Assembly: GCA_964510435.1 (NCBI GenBank)
Contig: CAZEBU010000001.1
Location: forward strand, 144,791-208,790
Direction: 5' to 3'
DNA: 64,000 nt
Source of the DNA: an uncultured Candidatus Saccharibacteria bacterium
GTDB lineage: Bacteria > Patescibacteriota > WWE3 > UBA101185 > UBA10185
Shown: in pieces, positions 57,357-64,000 of the stretch
Layout of the letters: each line of letters opens with the position of its first letter
How positions within the stretch are numbered: position 1 is the first letter of the stretch
The notes under the pieces: model-generated
What the model saw: the letters and a program-made list of their open reading frames with translations, nothing else
The model's database searches: none
Told to the model about the DNA's origin: nothing
Position numbers and translations under genes: made by a program

Positions 57357-58182
57357 AAAGGTTTTGTTCCTAAATTTAAAAAAACAAGAGAGCGAAGTAA
57401 AAACTTTTCCCGATCTAAAGATGTATATAGGCGGTGTTGCACTAGGCTTAAAGTTATACGAACTTTTCTCGGAAAAAGATCCGGTAATATTTTCTGTAGG
57501 TCCCTTAAACGGTTTTTTTCCCTATGCCTCAAAAACTTCTGTTGTTTTTAATGCTAGCGGTGTAGTTGAGGATTTATGCTTGGGGGGTTACCTTTCCACT
57601 CGTATAAAATTTTCCGATCTCGACAGCATAGTTCTCTTAGGAAAATCTCCGGATGACATCGTTGTGGAATTAAATAACGAAGATGCATCTTATAAAAATT
57701 CGGACACTGATCCCGATAGCTTAGGTCTCCCAGGTAAGAGAAGTGTTATAAATGTCTACCAAAAGAAACTAGTTCTAGACGAATATTTCTCCGAACCGGA
57801 AGAAATGCTAGCACATAAACTGGGTAAGAAAAACTTTAGGGGATTAACCATTAGTGGTACAAAAACCTACCCACCTAAAAATTTGGCTAAATACCAGGAA
57901 GTCTACAATTCTCTTCTGGAAAAGACCTCTTTGTTAAGCGTGGAGAAAGGATTTTTCCCATCCTGCTCGGGTTGTCCTATGGGGTGTGAAAATTCAAAAG
58001 ATGGGGAATTAGGCGGAAATGTGCTCCTACACAGTTTGGTGGCCTGTGGGTTTGCAGAAAATATATATACCGATGTTGGTACAATATTTTCCTGCTTGAA
58101 CGTTTTAGGATATGATTACACTCACGAAGATATTGAAAACCTACCGCATCTTATCCAAAATACTTTAAGAAGTTTATCTTGA
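57340..58182 (+). CDS. Miniature aldehyde:ferredoxin oxidoreductase-like protein
   Basis: YIGGVALG, FSVGPLNG, GGYLSTRIKFSDLDSIVLLGKS resemble AOR domain 1; CSGCPMGC resembles the AOR CxxCxxxC Fe-S motif. Confidence 0.65.
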   Translation: MGSSSKKVLFLNLKKQESEVKTFPDLKMYIGGVALGLKLYELFSEKDPVIFSVGPLNGFFPYASKTSVVFNASGVVEDLCLGGYLSTRIKFSDLDSIVLLGKSPDDIVVELNNEDASYKNSDTDPDSLGLPGKRSVINVYQKKLVLDEYFSEPEEMLAHKLGKKNFRGLTISGTKTYPPKNLAKYQEVYNSLLEKTSLLSVEKGFFPSCSGCPMGCENSKDGELGGNVLLHSLVACGFAENIYTDVGTIFSCLNVLGYDYTHEDIENLPHLIQNTLRSLS

Positions 58183-58183
58183 G

Positions 58184-58840
58184 ATGAAATATATAGTAGC
58201 AAACTGGAAAATGAATATGAACTTAAAAAGCACTAACGACTGGCTTTCCGAGTTCGAAAATTTATATAGGAAAAATGAGGTGAAAAACAAGATCATACTT
58301 GCTGCCTCTTCTATATACACACCGGCTGTGTCTGCCTTTTCCAAAAAAACGAGTGTTGCTTGTGCCTTGCAAGATATTTCCCAATATGAAAAGGGTGCGC
58401 ATACCGGAGATCTCGGTGCTTTCCAAGCGGCAGACTATTGTAAATATTGCATCGTTGGTCATAGTGAAAAAAACGAACCCAAAGATCTAGTATTGGCTAA
58501 GAGAGATGCGTGCCTGCGAGCCGGCATAATTCCCATAGTATGTTTTGTTAATCCCAAGGAAATAAACGAATATTATAAAGAGGAGTGCCTACTGGCCTGG
58601 GAGGATCCGGAAAATATTTCTAAAAATGGTGTTTATCGCGAAAAAGATCCTCAAGAAATGGCGGGCACATTTGATGAATTAAAAAATAAAATCCCTAACT
58701 CGATCATCCTTTACGGCGGTTCTGTCTATAGAGGTAATGTCGAAAACATCGCGCGGATAGCACAAGTTGACGGGATTTTAGTAGGCAATGCCAGCCTGGA
58801 TCCCGGTCATTTCATGGAACTAATTTTAGCTTTTGAATAA
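58184..58840 (+). CDS. tpiA: Triosephosphate isomerase (compact)
   Basis: ANWKMN, GAHTG, VGHSE, AWED, YGGSV, GILVGNASL. Confidence 0.9.
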   Translation: MKYIVANWKMNMNLKSTNDWLSEFENLYRKNEVKNKIILAASSIYTPAVSAFSKKTSVACALQDISQYEKGAHTGDLGAFQAADYCKYCIVGHSEKNEPKDLVLAKRDACLRAGIIPIVCFVNPKEINEYYKEECLLAWEDPENISKNGVYREKDPQEMAGTFDELKNKIPNSIILYGGSVYRGNVENIARIAQVDGILVGNASLDPGHFMELILAFE

Positions 58841-59917
58841 ATGACTTATATAGACGTGAAAGTTAAAAGAGAAAAACCCAAGAAGAAAAAGTCTATCTTT
58901 ACCAAAATTCTGGTGACCATAATAGTTCCGGGATTACTCATTGGAGGAGGAGTAGTGGTTGCAAAAAAGGGTGTGCACTGGTTTGATCCTATTTCTATTG
59001 TTGCCACTGTTTCAGCGTCGGATCTGAGGGAGACTGACGGCAGGACAAATTTATTACTTTTGGGGTCGGATAAAAGAATGGCGGGAACTATCGAGTCTGA
59101 ACTCACAGACACTCTTCTTGTAGTCTCTATAGGAAGGGTTGAGCATGATGTTGTTCTGATATCCCTACCTAGAGATCTCTGGGTCAAGGATTCGCGAGGC
59201 GCAAAGTCAAAGATTAACGCTGTTTATACTTTGAATAAAGAAGATCAATCAGATATTGTCACAGGAGGAGAAGCCATCATGCAGGTGGCCAGCGATGTCC
59301 TGGGGGTACCTGTGCATTATTATTCAGTAATAAATTTTGAGTTATTTAAAGATGTGGTTGATATTTTAGGTGGTGTAGAAGTTGAAGTAGAAAGAAGTTT
59401 TACCGATTACAGCTACCCTGTGGAGGGTAAGGAAAACGCCCCGCTCTCAGAAAGATACGAAACTATAGAATTTAAGGAAGGCCTGCAAAACATGGACGGA
59501 GATGCGGCCCTTAAATTCGTGCGCTCTAGAAAAGGTACAAACGGAGAAAGTACCGATTTTGCCAGGTCGGAAAGACAACAAAAAGTGATCTCGGCTATAA
59601 AAAACAAGGCTCTTTCCATAGAAACTCTTATTAATCCCATAAAAATAAAAGAACTATACGATATTTACAGCAATGAAATTGATACAAACATTATGTTTAA
59701 TGACGTACAGAGTTTTTACTTACTATCCCAACAAGTTGATTTTAATCGCATAACCTCAATTGTCTTGGACGATAGAAGTGCTGCAGACGAAGGTGGTTTA
59801 TTATATTCCCCTGTTGATGATGAACTTTACGGTGGCGCGTATGTGCTCATCCCCAAAGTTGGGGATTTCTCCCAACTGCACGCATATGTACAAAGATATC
59901 TATTTAGCCAAAAGTAA
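58841..59917 (+). CDS. LCP (LytR-CpsA-Psr) family protein
   Basis: NLLLLGSD, TDT, SLPRD, KINA, DFARSERQQ. Confidence 0.93.
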   Translation: MTYIDVKVKREKPKKKKSIFTKILVTIIVPGLLIGGGVVVAKKGVHWFDPISIVATVSASDLRETDGRTNLLLLGSDKRMAGTIESELTDTLLVVSIGRVEHDVVLISLPRDLWVKDSRGAKSKINAVYTLNKEDQSDIVTGGEAIMQVASDVLGVPVHYYSVINFELFKDVVDILGGVEVEVERSFTDYSYPVEGKENAPLSERYETIEFKEGLQNMDGDAALKFVRSRKGTNGESTDFARSERQQKVISAIKNKALSIETLINPIKIKELYDIYSNEIDTNIMFNDVQSFYLLSQQVDFNRITSIVLDDRSAADEGGLLYSPVDDELYGGAYVLIPKVGDFSQLHAYVQRYLFSQK

Positions 59918-59931
59918 TTAGGTAAAACGTT

Positions 59932-60633
59932 ATGATCTACATTGTTCACGGAGATGATTATCCAAAATCAAGAAGGCTGATAATTAACCAGCAAAAAAAG
60001 ATTTCTTCAAACATAAAAATCGAGAGAGATCTCTCCAACTTAACACCGAAAGAACTTTACGAAGCAGCATGTTCATTTGACCTTTTTGGGAATCCACCCC
60101 TTTTAGTAGTAACTCTCCCTCCGGGAAAAGTTGCTGAAATAAAAGATTATTTAAAAATATTGAAAAAAATACCCAAGAAGACAACCGTAATACTCTTAAG
60201 TGAAAAAAAACTAGGAAAAACTAACCGCTTTATTAGATCTGCGCCTGAATTAAAGGCTAAGGTAATTTTTAATCAGAAACCCTCAATTTCCAATGTCTTT
60301 AAATTTTTGGATAATCTTTACATACAGAACCGAAAAGGCACTTATAAAGAGCTTGAATCTCTTATCGAAGAAAACGCTGAAGCGTTTTTCATTTTGTCTA
60401 TGATCTTGTACGGATTAAGAAATTTGGTGCATGCAAAGTTTCTCACCGGGGAATTTTTGGCTAAAAGCGATTTCGTGAAAAGCAAAATCTTAAAACAGGC
60501 CGAAAATTTTACCCGAGAAGAAGTCATTGGCTTATTTGATTTTATCTACAACACAGATAAAAAAATAAAAACCGGCCAAATTCAACCTGACATAGCGCTT
60601 ACCCACACCATAGAAAAAATTCTCAGTTTATAA
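59932..60633 (+). CDS. holA: DNA polymerase III delta-like subunit (short)
   Basis: MIYIVHGDD, SFDLFG, NVFKFLD, DKKIKTG. Confidence 0.75.
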   Translation: MIYIVHGDDYPKSRRLIINQQKKISSNIKIERDLSNLTPKELYEAACSFDLFGNPPLLVVTLPPGKVAEIKDYLKILKKIPKKTTVILLSEKKLGKTNRFIRSAPELKAKVIFNQKPSISNVFKFLDNLYIQNRKGTYKELESLIEENAEAFFILSMILYGLRNLVHAKFLTGEFLAKSDFVKSKILKQAENFTREEVIGLFDFIYNTDKKIKTGQIQPDIALTHTIEKILSL

Positions 60634-60637
60634 TCTT

Positions 60638-61390
60638 ATGACTAAAAAAATTTACATTAAAGACGACAGCTTTGACCCCATATATAAAGAAGTGAGCAGA
60701 GGTTTTTATACAAAAACAAGAATCATGCCCACATTATTGGTGTTTGCAGGACTTTTTACTTTTGCCACACAAGTTCTGCTACCGGTGCTGGTCTTCAAAA
60801 CTCATGATGAATCTATTGCTTTAGTGGACAACGCTACCGTTCTAGGAAGAGCCGCAGGTTTTCAAAAGTTTGAATTTGAAGAATTAGAAACAAAACAAGA
60901 TGAATACCAATATAACCCTAGAAGTGATTTTCAAGTGCGGGGTGCACAAGCAACTAACGTACCAGATTACTTTCTCATAACAATCCCCAAGCTCGGCATT
61001 AAAGAGGCTCTCGTTGAAACAAACGCCAAAGATCTTAATCCTGATACTGCCTTGGGTCACTATGCGGGTACGGTTTTACCGGGAGAGGTTGGAAACTCCT
61101 TTATTTTTGGGCATTCAGTTCTACCGTGGTTTTTCAACCCAAAAAATTATAAAACTATTTTTTCCACCCTTGGTAAACTTTCTTCCGGAGATGAATTCCA
61201 AGTCACATATAACAATACTATCTACAATTATGTTGTAGAAAGTGTTGAAGAACTTTCTCCTAAAGAGGTAAGACCTCTGGCAGAGCTCAAACCAAAATAT
61301 CTAAATAAGTCCACCATGGTTTTAATGACTTGCTCACCTCCGGGAACAAAGCTAAAGAGACTCTTGGTAAATGCTGTTATGGTAAGTTAA
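60638..61390 (+). CDS. Sortase
   Basis: GNSFIFGHS, LMTCSPPG, RLLV. Confidence 0.9.
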   Translation: MTKKIYIKDDSFDPIYKEVSRGFYTKTRIMPTLLVFAGLFTFATQVLLPVLVFKTHDESIALVDNATVLGRAAGFQKFEFEELETKQDEYQYNPRSDFQVRGAQATNVPDYFLITIPKLGIKEALVETNAKDLNPDTALGHYAGTVLPGEVGNSFIFGHSVLPWFFNPKNYKTIFSTLGKLSSGDEFQVTYNNTIYNYVVESVEELSPKEVRPLAELKPKYLNKSTMVLMTCSPPGTKLKRLLVNAVMVS

Positions 61391-61911
61391 TCAAACTCGT
61401 CTAGGACGTCTTTTTCAAACGAGGATAAAGCTATTTTCCTAGGACCTACAAAGTAAATGTAGATAACAAGACTTAGAATGATCAGGGTTAAAAAAATACC
61501 TATAGTCGGCCCTGAAACTCCCGTATCAGGAACTGTAGACTCGGTGGTTTCCGGTGCCAAGTCCGGCGTGGTGGTTGTTACTGCTTCGCCTGTCTCTGCG
61601 CCTGCAAGAACGGCACCTTCTCCAGGTTGAGGACCCCCTATTCTCCTATTTGCCAGATCTCCAAAAACGCTAACTTCCGGCTCTTCTGGTCTTTCGGAGG
61701 TCTCTCCAAGCGTTTCCGATCCAGTGTTCGTCGTTTTTGCTTCCGGGGAGCTTAAAATTTCCTGCGCAAGAGGAACTTGCCTCGTAGTATCTGTTTCAGA
61801 ATTGATAACATAGTAAATAGCGCTAAAAACAGCCAGAGAAATTGCCAGAGTAAGTATGAATGTTTTAAAACCTTTCTGTGCTTGTGTATTAGAATTCATA
61901 GGCAGGCTCAA
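61387..61911 (-). CDS. Surface protein with N-terminal TM, Thr/Glu/Pro-rich stalk and VPDTG sorting signal
   Basis: QKGF + hydrophobic helix; VPDTG + TM + RK. Confidence 0.65.
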   Translation of the reverse strand: MSLPMNSNTQAQKGFKTFILTLAISLAVFSAIYYVINSETDTTRQVPLAQEILSSPEAKTTNTGSETLGETSERPEEPEVSVFGDLANRRIGGPQPGEGAVLAGAETGEAVTTTTPDLAPETTESTVPDTGVSGPTIGIFLTLIILSLVIYIYFVGPRKIALSSFEKDVLDEFD

Positions 61912-62077
61912 ATTCCTTCTTCAAAAACTCCAGGTCTAATCCTTCGCTTACCAACACTGATTTCTCCACAACCGCCGGGTTTATAAACTTATCTTCAGAA
62001 AACTCCCAAAATTTTGACCCTACCCATAATATACCAATTATAAATAAAATTAACAACAAAGTTAGTAAGTTTTTCAT
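61889..62077 (-). CDS. Small single-TM protein
   Basis: Co-oriented with the PilN/O-like genes. Confidence 0.55.
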   Translation of the reverse strand: MKNLLTLLLILFIIGILWVGSKFWEFSEDKFINPAVVEKSVLVSEGLDLEFLKKEFEPAYEF

Positions 62078-62078
62078 A

Positions 62079-62636
62079 TCATCTTTCTAGAAAATATATC
62101 ATTAAATTTACTTCTACAGACGCTGTATCCTCTCTTAAACTATACCTAAAACTATTAATCTTTGTTAGTCTATCCATCGTTTCTATATCAGCTATCAGAA
62201 AGGTAAACTGCCCTGCGGAACCCCGTAATTTAGCTCTTAATGTCACTTCTCCGTCTAGAACATCTTGGATATAAAAATTTCTTTGCCTATAGCCATCGCT
62301 ACCCGCCTCCCCTACAAGACTCACCATAAAATCCTCTACCTCGGGCCTCAAAGGAATAGCGCTTTCTAATTCATTCGTATAAAACCTTGCTTTTTCAAGA
62401 GCCTCTTTAGTGTCATTTATGTTAGCTTTTTTCTTTAAAAGTCGTCGATTTAGATCAGTCAGTTCATTTAGGGTGTTAAATTTTCTCTCGGTCACCCTGA
62501 TCAAAGGGTAAACTCCAAAAAATCCGTAAATTACTAGGGTAAACAACAGGACTATAGTGTACAAACTAGCGTACACTTTTTTATTTTCTAAACTCCTTTT
62601 ATATGTGTGCAGCTGTTTCTTTAAACGATCGTTCAT
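62079..62636 (-). CDS. PilO-like type IV pilus alignment protein
   Basis: TM + coiled coil + AIP..P + IETMDRLTKI. Confidence 0.6.
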   Translation of the reverse strand: MNDRLKKQLHTYKRSLENKKVYASLYTIVLLFTLVIYGFFGVYPLIRVTERKFNTLNELTDLNRRLLKKKANINDTKEALEKARFYTNELESAIPLRPEVEDFMVSLVGEAGSDGYRQRNFYIQDVLDGEVTLRAKLRGSAGQFTFLIADIETMDRLTKINSFRYSLREDTASVEVNLMIYFLER

Positions 62637-63256
62637 TTCATTTTTACCTCAAAATGAGCAAGATACTCTCTTTCTCCCCTGACCAGCTGTACTGTCTTAA
62701 TAACTATGCTATCTACATAGTCCTCACTAAGTAAACCGTTGATCATAAAAGCGAAAGAGGTTGGTGTATTGGCTCTTGCATCTACTGTGTAATGATTATC
62801 TTCCCTGGCATAAGCTAAATTCTCCAGCTTCACGTAATTAATAATGTGAAAAATCACAAACTCTAATCCTTCCGATATAGTAAAGTTTTCCATCTTCTTT
62901 GCTTTATAAAGATCTATCTGACTGGAAATTTCTCTTGCCCGGTCCTCTATGTGAGAATTCATTTCTATTTGAATTATTAAGTTATCTCTTCCTTTAGAAA
63001 GCGTTCTCAGCTGCCTGTCAACAATAAAATTTAAAAACAGGAGGATTAAAAATACTGCAGAGACAAAAATGACCACATAGTTGGTTGTTTTAACAATAGC
63101 CGGAGCTGCTTTAACAAATAAGTTCTTGGTTTCAATAGGTAATAAAAGATTAGGACTTAGATTTCCCTTTTGCAGGTCCGCTTGTTCCTGCTGAGCTTTT
63201 GTTGGAAACTTTTTTAGAAATTTTTCCTTTAGTTTGGGCAGATATTCTTTTAGCAT
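62633..63256 (-). CDS. PilN-like protein
   Basis: PNLLLP before the TM, coiled coil, C-terminal alpha/beta domain; adjacent to PilO-like gene. Confidence 0.5.
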   Translation of the reverse strand: MLKEYLPKLKEKFLKKFPTKAQQEQADLQKGNLSPNLLLPIETKNLFVKAAPAIVKTTNYVVIFVSAVFLILLFLNFIVDRQLRTLSKGRDNLIIQIEMNSHIEDRAREISSQIDLYKAKKMENFTISEGLEFVIFHIINYVKLENLAYAREDNHYTVDARANTPTSFAFMINGLLSEDYVDSIVIKTVQLVRGEREYLAHFEVKMK

Positions 63257-63497
63257 ATCTTGATTTTAATCTATTTGCTTTGTTCTTATGGATAACCTTA
63301 TTCTTGGCAGCCTTATCCAAAACCTTTTGCAACACCATAAGATCACTATTAAGTATATCAACATCAACCTTTTTAGTCTGCAAATTACTTTTTAGCGTCT
63401 TAATAGAGTTTTTTATTCTGTATTTCCAAAAACTATTAAATTGTCGCTTGCGCAAAGAGGATCTGCGTGCTTTCTTTGCGGATTTAGTGTTTGGCAT
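63150..63497 (-). CDS. rpsT: 30S ribosomal protein S20 with basic C-terminal extension
   Basis: MPNTKSAKKA...LDKAAKNKVIHKNKANRLKSR. Confidence 0.95.
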   Translation of the reverse strand: MPNTKSAKKARRSSLRKRQFNSFWKYRIKNSIKTLKSNLQTKKVDVDILNSDLMVLQKVLDKAAKNKVIHKNKANRLKSRYAKRISAQTKGKISKKVSNKSSAGTSGPAKGKSKS

Positions 63498-63554
63498 AGA
63501 CGTTGCGTATAATAACATAAGTTGAACACTAAGGTAAAATAGAAAAATTTATTT

Positions 63555-64000
63555 ATGTTGCGAAAATACAGGAACTTGATCAACAAGACCCAAAAAACCA
63601 TCCTTTCTGCAGCTTCGATTATTGCCGTAGCTAGTGGGGTTAATGCAATTTTAGGTTTTGCGAAAGGGAGGCTTTTAGCCACCTTTTTTGGTGACTCTAT
63701 TGAACTAGCCATTTTTTATACTGCCGACAGAATACCCGACCTACTTTACTCTGTTTTGGTCGTTGGTGCTTTATCAACAGTTTTTATCCCTGTTTTTACC
63801 AGCCTTTACAAAAGAGACAAAAACAGGGCGTGGGAAACTGCTTCCTCCTTAATTAATATAGCCGTTGTATTCTTTCTTGGTTTCTCCACATTGATCTTCA
63901 TTTTTGCACCATCTGTCCTGCGTTTGCTGTCTGTTGGAAAATTTTCCGCTGAGGAGGTTGATCTTGGGGTAAAACTTATGCGCATCATGCTTGGCGCACA
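63555..64000 (+). CDS. murJ: Lipid II flippase MurJ (5' part, runs off the window)
   Basis: ILGFAKGRLLATFFG...ADRIPDLLY..LVVGALSTVFIPVF. Confidence 0.88.
   Translation, partial: MLRKYRNLINKTQKTILSAASIIAVASGVNAILGFAKGRLLATFFGDSIELAIFYTADRIPDLLYSVLVVGALSTVFIPVFTSLYKRDKNRAWETASSLINIAVVFFLGFSTLIFIFAPSVLRLLSVGKFSAEEVDLGVKLMRIMLGA

Noticed and set aside
1-64000. CRISPR array, IS/transposase, integrase or prophage
   Set aside because: No regularly spaced repeats or recognisable mobile-element proteins seen by eye
1-64000. Alternative genetic code (UGA=Gly)
   Set aside because: Core genes are full length under code 11 and several end in TGA

Overview
Gene-dense 64 kb chromosomal segment of a reduced-genome bacterium, standard code 11. 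The VirB4/PrgI cluster, DUF4012-like protein, short AlaRS and multiple sortases suggest Patescibacteria/CPR, probably Microgenomates/WWE3-like (inference). Housekeeping content: rpmH-rnpA-yidD-yidC-jag-dnaN, groES/EL, alaS, tRNA-Cys, metG, tatD, rsmA, two UvrD/PcrA helicases, gap/tpiA, holA, rpsT, partial murJ, and many envelope genes. Most notable: (1) a 9.8 kb sortase-flanked operon with three SipW-type TasA/camelysin-like proteins, a SipW peptidase and an apparent two-module polyprotein with an internal LPATG signal, preceded by an attenuator-like leader, i.e. a candidate sortase-anchored TasA-type filament system; (2) a ferredoxin plus a miniature aldehyde:ferredoxin-oxidoreductase-like gene between gap and tpiA, where pgk usually lies; (3) pervasive leaderless-type promoters on core genes, contrasting with Shine-Dalgarno-led solo accessory genes that share a two-tier terminator and often a CCTATAG motif; (4) two unannotated 26-30 aa membrane peptides. 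No CRISPR, IS or prophage was seen. All product calls come from motif recognition by eye; no database searches were run.
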